A stretch of DNA of 64,000 bases from Octopus sinensis (lineage: Eukaryota): NCBI RefSeq assembly GCF_006345805.1, contig NC_042998.1, positions 15,004,001-15,068,000 on the forward strand, in the 5' to 3' direction. Positions 37,119 through 51,380 of this stretch are shown piece after piece. Both the position numbers and the translations under genes were made by a program. Within the stretch, counting starts at the first letter, position 1; each line of letters opens with the position of its first letter. The notes beneath the pieces were generated by a model that saw only the letters and a program-made list of their open reading frames with translations, had not been told where the DNA came from and ran no database searches.

Positions 37119-37897
37119 TATACGAATTCACGCTCACATTAGAATTGTGCAAACACATATACGCACAGAAAAACCTATACGCACAGAAAAACCTATACAC
37201 ACAGATACACACGAACATACGCACACACGCAGTCGCTTATACGTAAGCACATAACACACATCGACCACAGGCACTCCTTCACATGTATCGCACGCAAATA
37301 TACACGCTCGCACGCACACTAAGACATACACATCTGTGCCTATCAGCCTGTTATCAGTTCGACCTTATGCAACACACGAACACACAGACACTCACAGTTC
37401 AATATGACAAACACATCTCTTCATAATCTATCTCTCTAATACACACACACACACACACGTGTACATATAGCACTCCTAAAGTAACGCACGCATATGCAGG
37501 CGCACACACACAGACACACTAGAAACTGTACTTCAACACATCCCTTACACAAAAATGAATCGACAGACACAACAACATGCGCAGACACATGCCGATCATA
37601 GACCGTCCACTCTGCAGCCAGTAAGTGCCCTATTAACCACCTACTTATTTCCGGTCAGTCAACAGGTAAACATGCAGACTAAAACCGCGTAGCTTCTCTC
37701 ACCGAGTTGCATTTTTTTTCTCTTTTCCTTTTCTTTCTACCTTTTTTCCCTTTCCCACCCTTCATACAATATCCGAAGAAAGACAGTGTCTGAAATGCTA
37801 GAGCTATTAATTCCTTCCATTCCAACGACCGCCAATCTAATTGACCTTGATTGTTATTTTCTAGAGTGCTTCGTTTATAACTGTACACACACACACA

Positions 37898-37928
<31 letters not shown>

Positions 37929-37933
37929 CATTA

Positions 37934-38290
37934 AGGCAGAGACCTGGCAGGATCGTTAGCACGCTGCGTTCTGAGTTCAAATTCCGCCGAGGTCGACTTT
38001 GCCTTTCATCCTTTCGGGATCGATAAATTAAGTACCATTTACGCACTGGGGTCGATATAATCGACTTAATCCGTTTGTCTGTCGTTGTCTGTCCTCTCTG
38101 TGTTTAGCCACTTGTGGGTAGTAAAGAAATAGGTATTTCGTCTTTCGCTACGTTCTGAGTTCAAATTCTACCGAAGTCGACTTTATCCTTTCGAGGTCAA
38201 TAAAATAAATACGCACTGGAGTCAATGTAATCGATTATCTTCCTCAACCCAAATTTCAGGCCTTGTGCCTTTAGTAGAAAGGATTATTAT
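37934..38290 (+). mobile_element. SINE family C, partial dimer
   Basis: Two successive ..CGTTCTGAGTTCAAATT..GTCGACTTT units; ends in (TTA)n. Confidence 0.8.
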
Positions 38291-38322
38291 TGTTATTATT
38301 ATTATTATTATTGTTGTTGTTG

Positions 38323-38365
<43 letters not shown>

Positions 38366-38366
<1 letters not shown>

Positions 38367-38610
38367 GTTTTATTTTTTTTATTGTCTTTGTACAGCTTCT
38401 ATCGCTGGAGTTGTACTACGGTGCCAACTGTTGACTACCAGTGAACTAAAGTAACACCACCTATTTTTCGAGCACCATCCATAGTATTCGAGCGGTTCCG
38501 AGCAGTGCTGTTATCTGCACGTATTCCACACTTATTACAGCCCCTATTCATTTCATCTACTTCTCAAGATTTTTACTCAGGTGGCTCGCTTCAAGAGCTG
38601 CATTCCCTCG
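38366..38610 (-). mobile_element. R4/Dong-like LINE 3' end relic next to (TAA)n
   Basis: Minus translation LSKNLEK*MK*IGAVISVEYVQITALLGTARILWMVLEK* (cf. R4-type QKTALLGTARILRKVL). Short UTR then (TAA)n. Confidence 0.65.
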
Positions 38611-38700
38611 CGTTCAGTACAATGTGGTTATTATAGTAGTCTTGACTTTAAGAGTCCCTCCTAGCGTGAGGCATTTATGCATAGTAATGCCCTTAATATA

Positions 38701-38746
<46 letters not shown>

Positions 38747-39446
38747 GCTCTTCCACACACACACACACATATACGCTTTTACTCAGAAAGGAACACAGAA
38801 AGAGAGAAAACGGTGTAAGAACAACCAGAGTAGGAAGAAACCACAATAGGAAAAAGCAGGAAGTAGAAAAATAGTTTAGAAAGTATAAAAAAGTTACGAA
38901 GAATTCAAAAGGTTCAAAAGCTTATATATATACACGGGCATGTCTTTTGTTCTGTGGTGATTTGAGTTCAAGGCCGCATTTCGCTTCATCAATTCTACTA
39001 TACTTTCTGTGAAATTCTTGGAATATTACACGTGCATCCCCACTTTTTTCGTAATTGTAAGACTTATGGAATATTGTGACAAATGTTTCATGATTACGAA
39101 ATAAACTATTTCGCCATTGGGCCAAACACTCGAACGCTAGAATAGACTCGGGTCATTACTTCCTCCACCCAAAGCTTGTGAAAACAACTGATTAAAAAAA
39201 TGAAGACAAAACAGTGTGAGATACTTTCAGATTGATTGTATGGATTATACCCGAAGGCCCTAGCTCGGCACACAATGGCAAGATGATTAATTCTGAAATC
39301 TAGAGTAGTCTGGAACCTTGAAACGTCGAAATCCACCTGGCGTCATAGGCAGACAGGTGTTTTAATAGGTTAAGAACGGACAATCCGACTGGATTCTCAT
39401 CAGATCAATACAGTCGGATCAAGGCACTTATAGTATGACCTATTAT

Positions 39447-39484
<38 letters not shown>

Positions 39485-39508
39485 ATGTGTGTGTGTGTGT
39501 ATGTATGC

Positions 39509-39546
<38 letters not shown>

Positions 39547-39894
39547 TGTGTGTATGTGTGTGTGTGTGTATGTATGCATATATGTGTGTGTGTGTGTGTG
39601 TGTGTGCATACGTACAGTACGTCACTACACACTTGAATACAAACACACACACACACCACACACACACACACACACACAAACTCTCTCTTTTATACATGTA
39701 TGTACAGTACAACATTTTTACTCACGTTATTTTAAAATCTTGTAGGTTTATAAAAACCGAAAGAAGACTTTTCGCATGAAATACCCGAACGATCACAACG
39801 CTAACTAGATCATATTTCACCAGCTTTAGTACCGTTAGAACACGCATAAATTGTTTATTTCCTCAGACTGATGATTTTCTTCAATAAACTATCT

Positions 39895-40215
39895 TAATTT
39901 TGTGTGGTAAGTAGATTGTTTACCAGCCGCATGGTTCCTTGCTCAGGCCCACTGCGTGGCATTTTGGGCAAGTGCCTTCTACTTTTGCCTTGTGAGTAGA
40001 TTTGGTAGACGGAAACTGAAAGAAGTCCGTCGTATATATATGCGTGTGTGTGTGTATGTATTTGTTTGTGTGTCTGTTTGTCCCCTCAACATCGCAAAAG
40101 AGACCGATAGAATAAGTACTAGGCTTACAATGAATAAGTCCTGGGGTCAATTTGCTCGACTAAAGGCGGTGCTCCAGCATGGCCACAGTCACGTGACTGA
40201 AACAAGTAAAAGAGT
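39895..40215 (+). mobile_element. SINE family A with internal deletions
   Basis: Head, body and tail motifs present. Confidence 0.85.
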
Positions 40216-41613
40216 ATACGGACGCAAAGACAGAATATTGGTGAATAAATTCAAGAACATCTGGCTGTAGTTTCAGCTCCTTTTTCAGACATTTTGGATG
40301 ATCTGAGCGGAGAAATTGTAATTAAATCGTAAAATCGTATCCTTGAAATCATTTAGCATTATGCTTAAGTGCTTTGCATTTACTCTATACCTAGCATTGA
40401 GTTCTGTTTAACCATTGTTGTCTTATCTATTGAGTGGAATCGTTCAGCATATAAACATGTGTGTGTGTGTGTAAAGCTATATATCTATATACCTCTTCCC
40501 ACCACCATCTGTCTGTCTGTCTCGCTATATATATATATGTATATATACATGAGCAGAATTTACACACACACATACATATTTACATGCACACATTTATTAA
40601 CACCATTGTATAGAATTATTGGATTAGCTACACACATACGTATTCTCATAAGCGTTAAACACTCACATAGTAACACGCCTGCAGACTTACTCGCATACAC
40701 ATCTCGTTCACAGATATAATGCCATTAGGTCATTTTCCTAATTTTCTTATCAACTCGAACGGAATGAAGGTCGCTTTTGTTGTTCATAACTTTATATAGA
40801 CGTTAAGATCAGTTATATAATTTACAACTTGTTTTAATATTATTGCATTGTACGTGTAACTTCATTTTAGGATCTTGATCTTTATGGACGAGTCGCCAGC
40901 CACTTTCTGATTTACGATGGAGAATTGCCTTTCTCACCTTTCATTCTTTTCACCAGTCTTTCCTTCAATTCTTTTTCGTTTGTGAAGGTGGGAGGTCTCA
41001 TGTTTCAAACCTACAGCCGGAAGACAAATCGCATTCGCCATAACAAATATGGTTGACAGCGTAGCCATTGCATTAACGGCCGCTTAAAAGTGAGAAAAAC
41101 GGTTGAATTAATTGTACATGCTTGATAAGGTTTTCTTCTTCCAAGGCTATTCATGTTATTGTTGTAGCCATTTGAATCACGTCGCTTGCATCATTAACGG
41201 ATTCACTTTTAAAAGATGTATATACGTATATTTTCAGCAAATCACGTTGACCAAATATTCTCGACCAAAGTTATATGGTACAATACAAGTGATTCTCTAT
41301 TGCTTTTGTAAACTGTATCGATTGCTTGCTTTGTTCGTTTTTTTTAGCTCTGAATCAAACCTTTTCGAACTGATTTATAACTAAAAGCGATCATGCTGTG
41401 ACCACATTTCTGTGCATTAAGGATTAAATTCCTCAATATATCTTTGTTAAAGAGGGTGGAATGTTATTTAAGGAAGATTTCACTGTTGATATTTCTAGTT
41501 AGTTTTGCGATCATCTAGAGCATCCCTCGTCGGTTATTGGTAGAATGATATGGTTGATATCATTCTCTGTATTCTGGCATTAACAAAAAATTCTGTTTTT
41601 ATTCTACCAAAAC

Positions 41614-42140
41614 TACCGTAAATCCTCGAGTATAATCCGCACCCCCACCCACCAAATTTAAAGGTCAAAATCCCTAGTGCGTACTATATACGAGGTTAAA
41701 AATGAAATCTATTTTCTAAGCAATGTCCGAGTCTCTATTTGCTGTCCGGCAATGTTTATTCAGACGAATTTTGTGATGTCGGACGCGAAAATACCTGAAG
41801 CTAGGCCTGAAAGCAATGAAGTCATAAAAGAATCATCCATAACTTGCAGTAAGCAACATTTATTAAAATAAAAGTATTCAGAACACAGAATAACATGTAA
41901 CAAAAACAATTTGCAAACATGTTTACATTCCCATATAACAGTTAAGAACATCACCATTATCGCATTACGCATGTGCGGATGTGGTTGTTCGATTAGGTGC
42001 TGCTGGTTTAATTACGCACGACTCAAGTTAGAGAAGGGGTGCGTATTATACACAAGGTTTATGTTTTTCAGTGGTACAGCCTCCTAAAAATCCCCTGCGT
42101 ATTATACTCAAGGGCGGACTATACTCGAGGATTTACGGTA
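41614..42140. mobile_element. Tc1/mariner-superfamily (Tc2-like) MITE
   Basis: TIRs CCGTAAATCCTCGAGTATAATCCGC and GCGGACTATACTCGAGGATTTACGG; TA TSD on both sides. Confidence 0.8.
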
Positions 42141-42309
42141 ACTACAGCTAAAATTATAATTGCTAAGAATCTCTTGTTCCCCTCTTTCCTGTTATGTCTT
42201 ATCTCTCTGTCACAGGAATCCAGATGCATAGATTTGTGCAATACTTCATTAATAATAAATACTAGCTGTACCTTAAGAAGCTGGACGACGATAGTTCCTA
42301 CTCAGTTAC

Positions 42310-42665
42310 CGCTTGGGCAAGTGTCTTCTACTATAGCCTCGGGCCGACCAAAGCCTTGTGAGTGGATTTGGTAGGCGGAAACTGAAAGAAGCCCGTCGTA
42401 TATATGTATATATATATATATATATGTTGTGTGTGTGTCTGTGTGTGTGTATGATAGTGTGTCTGTGTTTGTCCCGCCCCCAACATCGCTTGACAGCCGA
42501 TGCTGGTTTCTTTACGCCCCCGTAACTTAGCTGTTCGGCCAAAGAGACCGATAGAATAAGTACTAGGCTTACAAAAAATTAAGTCCTGGGTCGATTTGCT
42601 CGACTAAAGGCGGTGCTCCAGCATGGCCACAGTCAAATGACTGAAACAAGTAAAAGAGAGTAAAA
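42310..42665 (+). mobile_element. SINE family A (head missing)
   Basis: Begins CTTGGGCAAGTGTC; full tail. Confidence 0.88.
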
Positions 42666-43055
42666 AGGAATGTTAACAGGTTATGTGATATAATTTATCT
42701 AAGCTATTGAAATATGTCTACGTTTAGTTTCCAGTTTTTTACAATTTCGACCCTGTTTTGAAAATCATACACCCACCACCCACAACATTTTAAAAATTAA
42801 TATTCGAAGAAGAAGAAAAAAACAACAAAAATCGACGATTTCCAGAAATTTAGTACATTAATGTTTAATATTTTTCATTGGGAAATATTCATCAATTTTT
42901 GCAGTAAAATGTTACGCCGTTGCTTTTAAAACAAGGGATTTTATAAAACATATCTATGGGCAGTTTACGTGTTATGTATTTATAAAGTAAAGGACTTTCT
43001 CTTTACAAGCATTTCAGAATTATGCCCCTAAACAATTCGGATCAGCAACAACAGT

Positions 43056-43410
43056 GGAGGCGCAATGGCCCAGTGGTTAGGGCAGCGGACTCTCGGTCGT
43101 AGGATCGCGGTTTCGATTCCTAGACCGGGCGTTGTGTGTGTTTATTGAGCGAAAACACCTAAAGCTCCACGATCTCCAGCAGGGGGTGGTGGCGACCCCT
43201 GTTGTACTCTTTCGCTCCAACTTTCTCTCGCTCTTTCTTCCTGTTTCTTGTCCCCCGACTTCCTACGCAACCGCTGAGCCTGGATGCGCATTCATCCATC
43301 CGTCGATGCTCTCGGTGTCGGGGGTTGACCTGCTTTCTCTTCTGCGGGTCTTATGAATAGCAAAGGACCACGTATCGGACTTCTCCCACTACGGACGAAG
43401 ACCGCTTCGC
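43056..43410 (+). mobile_element. SINE family B, tail type iv
   Basis: Shared head, distinct tail. Perfect 14-bp TSD TCAGCAACAACAGT (43042-43055 and 43411-43424). Confidence 0.9.
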
Positions 43411-43944
43411 TCAGCAACAACAGTTTAAAGGCGACAGCCTCAATTTTGCAGTGGGTGTTCAAAAAGAATCAAAGACGACAGTAGCAGAATTTGGAGAACA
43501 AAAAGAATCGATTTATTATAACAAAGTGTTCGGTAACAGACAGCGTAATAGAACAGTGCTTACGTAGATAGGTTATGAATATTACCTACTAAAAAGTATC
43601 AAAACAAAACAGTTTATGTGAGTGTCATAACATATAAAATTACATTTCTCCACTATGATTTACACTTTGAAGAATTAACACAAACAGAGCAATATAGCTA
43701 TGTAGAATGAAACAAAAAATACATCAATAACCACAAATATTTAGATTTCTTCTTACTAGTAATGAAAAAAACAAGAGTTGTCTGTACCAGAATCAGTAAA
43801 ATACCAGTCAAAACACTTATAGTATTTTAATACGTTGTTTTTTATGATCAGAGTTCAAATCCGAACAAAGTTATCCTTGTTGTTCATAAATCTGTGATAA
43901 GATAAATAGTAGCCAAGTGCTAAGATTGATTTAATAGACTTTAT

Positions 43945-44000
<56 letters not shown>

Positions 44001-44044
44001 CTTATTTTGTGGCCTTATTCCAGTGGTAGAAAGCAACATACGAA

Positions 44045-44464
44045 GGCGGCGAGCTGGCAGAAACGTTAGCACGCCGGGCGAAATGCTTAGCCGTATTTCG
44101 TCTGCCGTTACGTTGTGAGTTCAAATTCCGCCGAGGTCGACTTTGCCTTTCATCCTTTCGGGGTCGATAAATTAAGTACCAGTTACGCACTGAGGTCGAT
44201 GTAATCGACTTAATACCTATGTTATGTCTTTGTTTGTCCCCTCTGTGTTTAGCCCCTTGTGGGTAATAAAGAAATAGGTATTTCGTCTGCCGCTACGTTC
44301 TGGGTTCAAATTCCACCAAGATCGACTTTGCCTTTCATCCATTCGGAGTCGATAAATTAAGCACCAGTTATGCACTGGGGTCGAGGTAATCGACTTAATC
44401 TGTTTTGTCTGTCCTTGTTTGTCCCCTTTGTTTGTAGCCCCTTGTGGGCAGTAAAGAAATAAGA
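44045..44464 (+). mobile_element. SINE family C, head-to-tail dimer
   Basis: Unit 1 is 44045-44276. Unit 2 (44277-44464) lacks the head but repeats body and tail (AGCCCCTTGTGGG.A.TAAAGAAATA). Confidence 0.85.
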
Positions 44465-45793
44465 AAGCAAAATATGTTAACTACATTTGAAGATGATTTC
44501 GTAGCTTTGTCTAGGAGGTACAGCGACCACGTAGAAGCCTCACTCAGAATCAACATTGTAACATGAATGAATTTATATTGCTGGTAATGGTTGGGTAGTG
44601 TTTAGGCCTGATTTGGAAGACCTATAGTAAAAGACGTTCCAGTTTCGACCATCACATTTTCGTATATTAAGAAACAGCAGATCTAATGGCAACTTGTAAT
44701 TTGAAAGAGATTTGGGTGCTACTTTTAGCATGTCGAGCGACCACTTTTAGCATGTCTCCTTCATTGACACGCTGGGTGTAAATGTGCATCAGAATCTCCA
44801 CGTTAATTTTTTTACTTGATTCAATCATTTGTCATCGATCATGCTAAAACAATACCGCCAAGGGTTCAAATCATATCAATTCCACAACCTTTTTGTACTT
44901 ACATTATCTACTACTATTTGACGAGTGACTATGTCCCTTTTTGATATGAATTAGCAGAAACACTATTTTTATACACACACACACCACACACACACACACA
45001 CAAACACACAGTGTCTTTTAGTGGCTTCAGTGGTTGCAGTGTTGTCCTCCCGGGCACCATATTCAAATTAATGTTTCGCGGTTTTTCTTTATGTCTGATA
45101 GTTACTTGACCATTTTCATAAACTGCTAAATGTAAATTGAACATTAGCAACAGGAAGATAAATCGGATGGACATAAGTAACGCACGGTATTTCTGTTCGA
45201 ATGCACCAGTTTTCCCTTCCGTCTTATATAATCATATGCACATATACAACAGGCCTCCGAACAATTTTGCTCATAAGGTATTGCTCAACCCTAATCAATG
45301 CTAGAAAACACTTGACTGTTGTGTGCCGGAGTGTGACTGAATCACACGGATGAGTAGAGAAATTAGTTAACCACTCAAACATACAGGTGCCATAATTATA
45401 TAATTGTGTCTTTTTCACTGAATCCCTAACAAAATTTAAACTGTGTTTGCAACCAAATTTGTTCCTAGCTGAAACCACATCAGTCATATTCTTGAGAATA
45501 TATAGACATCTAACGTAACTTTCGTTTACACCTGTAAAATTAAGGTATAGGGTCATTTAGAAGGAAATACTCATTTAATTAAAAAAAACCAACCAGCTGT
45601 TGCCATCCAATCTATTTTCAGATATATTGCTGTTAAAACTGCAATTAATTGCCTAGTTTTTGGAAATGGGGTATGATTTAAATGAATCTTAGTTACTATT
45701 TTTAGCAGGTTAGACGCTCGCATTGAGGATCACTATTTGTCTTGTATTATATGGTTTCTTGCTATTCTTCACACCTCACTCTCACAATATGTA

Positions 45794-46347
45794 TTGGATT
45801 GTCCGGAAAGTTCGTGCCGAATTTTAAAGGAAAGAAAAAGGTCAATAAATACTTGCCATTACATTTTTAATCAACCGAATATGAACCATTTTGTTGCACA
45901 ATGCGTCTCCATCTTTCCTTTAACTTGAAAATACCCTCTTCCCGGAATTGAGGTGGTTTCATGGCAAAGAATTTATCAAGGTATCTTTTTACGTCATCCA
46001 AGGAATTGAAATTTTTATCATTAAGACTATTCTGTAGAAGCCTGAATACGTGGAAATCCGAAGAGGCAATATCTGGCGAATATGGAGGGTGGGGTAACAC
46101 ATCCAAGCCGAGCTTCAGCAATTTTTGTCTGGTTCCCAAAGCATCAAGTACCGAAAATGAACTTTCTTATCTTCCATTTTAAAGAGTTACAGAATTAACA
46201 CAGGTTATAGGAACATAAACCTTCTTCCACGAAAAGATAATTTAAACTGTGCTCTAGGCAAATTCTATTTTATGGACTCAACCATGTTCTAAAATAAGTC
46301 GAAAGGTAAGCTACTATAAATCGGTACGAACTTTCCGGACAAACCAC
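45794..46347 (-). mobile_element. Internally deleted mariner element
   Basis: TIRs TTGGATTGTCCGGAAAGTTCGTGCCGA and TCGGTACGAACTTTCCGGACAAACCAC; TA TSD. Peptide VLPHPPYSPDIASSDFH..KLKERWRRIVQQNGSY. Confidence 0.92.
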
Positions 46348-47547
46348 TATATTGTCTCCTACATATTAAAAGAAATAAAGAAAAATGAAAGAAAGAAAGC
46401 AATGCAAAGGCTAGTTAATATTTTCTTTAGTCTTACACACGTAAGTTTTACACCGACAGTTTGGAGCGGACTGATATATGCTGTTGTCAGGAATTAGACA
46501 CATTCAGTATAAGAACATTCTATATGTGTCGAGATTCAAGTGTCAACATCTGTAATAGTTAATACATCGAAACAAAGTCACACATTTTGAAGAGAAGGTA
46601 AGACTGTTTAAATCAACTCTAGTATTCGAGTTTATGATCATGCCACTTCTATCCACTCGACCAGCTAGAAATTGCAGCCAAATTCAACTTTGAAATCTCT
46701 TACCTTCCGTCTGAGATAAGGATAGTTTTTTTTTTTTACGCATATTCCTTTCTGCGGTACTTTGTCTTAAATGGATACACATTAACAAAACTGGTGATTT
46801 AGAAAACTCAAGATTGCAAAATATTCTGAGATTTCCCCGACACATTCCAAAAACTTTGTGTTGTGTCTGATGACTATATGTGACACTGGTTGAAAATGCG
46901 TACTTTATGGACTCGCGTAACCTTCTAGAAAAAAAAGAAGAAAACAAACAAAAAAATTTTCATATTATACATTGAATACTGTCGCCTTTGGTTACTGCAC
47001 AAGGTGTATAAGACGAGATGGTTACGTTTGGAATACCTTTGGTTATAGGTTATAGCCGTATCGATCAGGGTTAAGCAAAAATCGCGAACAACTACGTTTA
47101 ACAGTTAATTTAGTGACACCGGAAGTAAGTTTGTTATCGGCATTTTTTGAATTCAGAATGTAGATGGAAAAGACTTTGTAAGGCGAAAAATTAATTCCAT
47201 CACTCTACCACTCTTCACACAATAATAACATCGATGTTCCACACAAAGTATAAGGTTACCTATTTTGAGGTGTTGATTTATATTCTTCTGTTAGATAAGC
47301 CATTCTACAAATCGACCTATCTATTTTACTCACATATTATGGACACAAGGATAAAAGACAATGCTTGACCTCATCCGGTTTTGGACGCAGAGTGTAAAGA
47401 GCCATAAATAAATATTAACACCTGTATTATAATGATACAGCCAGTCTATCAACTATTTGATGAGTTCAACACCAGTATGTAACTGGTACCTATATTATTG
47501 CACCCACTCACTTCTTTACTACTACGTCAATGGTATTTGCCTGTAGA

Positions 47548-47870
47548 AAAAAAATCTCTCGTGGAAGCGTCATCCAACCAAAATGCAAATATATGGGAAA
47601 CTACCACCTGTGTCATCTCTTGTGAAAGGTAGGAGAGTCCAGTTTGCTGGACATTGTTGTAGAGCTGAAAACGAGGCAATTTCTACTCTTCTCCTCTGGA
47701 AGCCATCTACTCGCAATACCAGAGGGCGCACACTCTCCTACCCTGCTGTAATCTCCAGAGATACAGGCATCCAGCAACAGGACCTCCGTAATGCTATGAT
47801 GGACCGTGAAGTCTGGCGTAGCGTGGTAAATTCCATTGTCTCGACCACGGTCGAACAATGATGATGATGA
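47548..47870 (+). mobile_element. RTE-group LINE 3' fragment with (TGA)n tail
   Basis: SWKRHPTKMQIYG..RRVQFAGHC.R..LLLWKP..MMDREVWR then TGATGATGA. Confidence 0.75.
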
Positions 47871-49019
47871 TTGGTGCCGCATCTCCTTTACTAAGGTACA
47901 CTCGATATCCTCACCTTTCCTCTAATCACAACTCATGTTTATCCATCCTCTTCAGACTCTGCACTAACCACTAACTCCCGTTCTTTATTCCTATACGCCA
48001 GTGGTTACCTGTAAGTTCATCCGTACATATTTTTTCTGCTGTTGGTTTAAAACTATTTAAAACGCACAGCAACCATATAGGGCTTTGCAGTCTCAGAGAG
48101 TCAGTAGACGCCATAAGTACACATCTTGTCTCCAAATTAAATCAGTAAAAAAAAATTGACTTTGACCGAGTTGTACTCAGAATGTAGAAGGACCTAATTA
48201 AATGCCCTATGGCATTTTACCAGTGTATGACCATCTACTCAGTCTAACGAAATTCCCCACCTAACATACGCATTTGTAGCAAACGTTTTGATACACAATA
48301 CGGTAATTACTGCTCAAGCACTGGAAGTCTACTTAATCAACTTCTGCTCTTCTAGAAAATATGTGGCTTTTTACCAAACACGGAAACCATTTTAAGCATT
48401 TACCTCGACTTTATTGTTGCTGCTGCTGCTGTTGTTGTTGTTAAGCAAGAAGACGGGTAAGGGTGATTAGGTGATGGTCTAGGGCTTAGGAGCGGGAGGC
48501 TCCAGACCTTGGAAAAAAACTTTGGTCGTTTTGTTGTAGTCGAGGGCTCTTCGTTGACGCCCGACACCACTGGGAGGTGGTCCTCGAAGTTGCTGGAAAT
48601 GGAGATCTCCAGGTTCAAATTCTTGAATGGCTGTTGTTGCTGTTGCCGCTTTCAGCCCACTTTCAACCCTAAATAAGAAGACCTGTCATGAAAAGGGCCA
48701 GAATCTCGGGTATCTACTTTTTCAAGGAAATTGTATCCAGAACTACCTTATATGATGTATCCTATCATTTTTTTAGGTTAAGAGTTATGAGAAATTTAGC
48801 TGTTATTTTTGTAGGTCGAGTGGTTGTGTAGAGGATCCATTGTCGGTTCATTGTTTTTATTATTCCTGTTATTGCTGTTTAGGTCCAACAGTTTTTAGGT
48901 TTGATTGAACGATTTATAATCACGAATATTTCAGTTATGAAAATCCAATGATATTTATCCAGGATTATAGTATCAAACATGATTTTCCTTTTCAGATTTT
49001 GCATGATGGTAGGGTGTAG

Positions 49020-49054
<35 letters not shown>

Positions 49055-49945
49055 AAAGGAGAGAATGCGTTAGGGAGAAAAATCTAGCAGTTATGGCTTA
49101 CCAATCATACTTACATATGTTATACTGTCCATTGTGTTATCTCACTTTTAAAAGATGAACAATTCAAGATAAATACATACTAGTTAGATTCCATTTTAAA
49201 GCCTAGACAGTTATTACTGAATGCGTTTCATCTCGATTAAAAATTGTTGTTGCAGTTGTTTAAATTGAGTAATTAGTTTTTACCCGATCGAGCAGTTTTT
49301 TTCAACCGTGGCCATTCCAACTTATATAAAACTACGGAAAAGGAAAACGATGGAAGTCGTTATAGCTTTTGTAGTGTCCGTCAAACTGGTAAGATCGTTA
49401 TGGTTGAAAGTTCTGTAGGTTGATGCTTGTTAGAATAAAAATAAACGAACATAAACAAGGAGAAAATTATTCCAGCCGTGGAAAGGAATTATTGGATGAA
49501 GCGTTTACTCTACGGTCCGAGGATGAAAACAATAGAACAGCGCATCGGATGCGCGTGGAAAGAATTGGTATGCGGATTGCTGGTTCAGAAGAAGAGAAAC
49601 TGTGAATAGAGAAAAATGCAGCGAATTGGCGGAGTCGTTAGAGCATTGTATGAAATACACTTAGTTTTTAGCTCTCTCCTTCTCCCTCTCTCTCCCTTGG
49701 ATCTGAGTTCGGATCCTGCTAGACTTAAATTTCTGTTTTATCCTTTTTGTGGTCGGTTGCAAAGTACAAAAATTCAGATTAGTAAAATGGAGGAACTGCT
49801 AGAGCGTGGGACGAAATGGAATGCGGTATTTGCTCTGATTGCTTGCTTGCTTTTAGACGGCAATACTTGCAACGAAACTGGTGCAGGGCTATATCGATCC
49901 TAAGGCGTCATACTTTCCTTCTGACAACATCGATGGAATTGAGAA

Positions 49946-49976
<31 letters not shown>

Positions 49977-50166
49977 GTGGGGAGATTTGCATGCGAGGGA
50001 AATTACCAGTCTTCCATAAAAGAACCTGCGCATATATGTGCTGGATACAATGTCACTCTCAACGCATGCAGGTCCTTAGAACAGAGACAAGAAACGTCGC
50101 ATCTTTACTATTGAGATGCTTTAATGGGTTACATTTACAAAAATATCTTTTGTATCTATCTATCTC

Positions 50167-50200
<34 letters not shown>

Positions 50201-51236
50201 TAACTTTTGCCAGAATAGGATTGTTAGGGACTTCAAAGTTTCGGATTTATCGCCTTCGCCAGACTCTGTGATAAAAGGGAGCAAGCCGGGACTTCGATAT
50301 CACTGTTAACCATTTTCCTGTAAAAGTTTAATAAACGTACACTCTATTAAAGCGTATTGAGTATTTAGTCTTAAATTGTTTGTATTATATATATATATAT
50401 TTCTGTGCGAGTTAGAGGTTGAGAAACCAAATAAGGGATAATACCTATCCAATATACTGATAGTAATATTGTACCCAATTATTCATAGCCAAATGCTAGT
50501 TATTACATTGCAATTTGGCAATTGGGTATTATATATGGCCGGTGGGTATTCAGTGGTTTACCCTTGATTTATAAGGTAAATAATAAAGTGGAGAGGATAC
50601 AAAATCGACAGACATCAGTCGGTAAACATTCCAGTATTTGTATTTATTCCAATGTATTAGATGAATATATACACAACCTCATGCTTGTTCTTGTTTTAAT
50701 CCCTATTCTTCTTCTACTCAATTTTAAAAAGACAAACACACTGTAGCTATTATTAACTGTTCTTATATGTGTTAGCGCCCCCAACCACCTAGATCCTCTG
50801 AAAAAGCCTAGAGGCACATTCATTATCCAAGCCTCACCTGCTCATCCCTACATAACACTGAAGAGATGGAGATAACATGGAAAATTGCGCCGCCTCTTGG
50901 TAGAAACGGCCGTAAGGAACTAACACCGACACACCCATTCGGTTTTACTAACAATCTGTTCATTTGCTCATTTGCTCAATTAATCACCTATTCCTATATG
51001 ATTATATGCTGTCACACCCTTGTTTTTGCAATTACCAAATCTTTCTATTTGATAATCTGTACCATTAATATATGTGAACGTATTCATCTAATACATTGGA
51101 ATAAATAGACATACTAGAATATTTAACTACTCATGTCTGTCGATTCTGTATCCTCTGCACTTACTTATTTGCCGTATATATATATAAGAAATATTTATAT
51201 ATATAGCAATATTATTAGGCTACACACACACACACA

Positions 51237-51284
<48 letters not shown>

Positions 51285-51319
51285 GAAATATTTATATATA
51301 TGTAGCAATGGTATTGGGC

Positions 51320-51380
<61 letters not shown>

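Noticed and set aside
40850-41000. Possible Tc1-like transposase C-terminal relic on the minus strand (ELKERL.., VRKAIL)
   Set aside because: Only two short motifs in different frames; not enough to call.
45224-45556. 110-aa ORF with a TTTTACAG acceptor-like site (minus strand)
   Set aside because: No recognisable domain or clear donor; such ORFs occur by chance.
48400-48650. GC-richer island between (CAA/CAG)n tracts
   Set aside because: Probably a retroelement 3' fragment, but no diagnostic motif was recognised.
50860-50890. CTGAAGA..GAAA hammerhead-like string
   Set aside because: Stem II closing pair is broken and no stem I/III partners were found.
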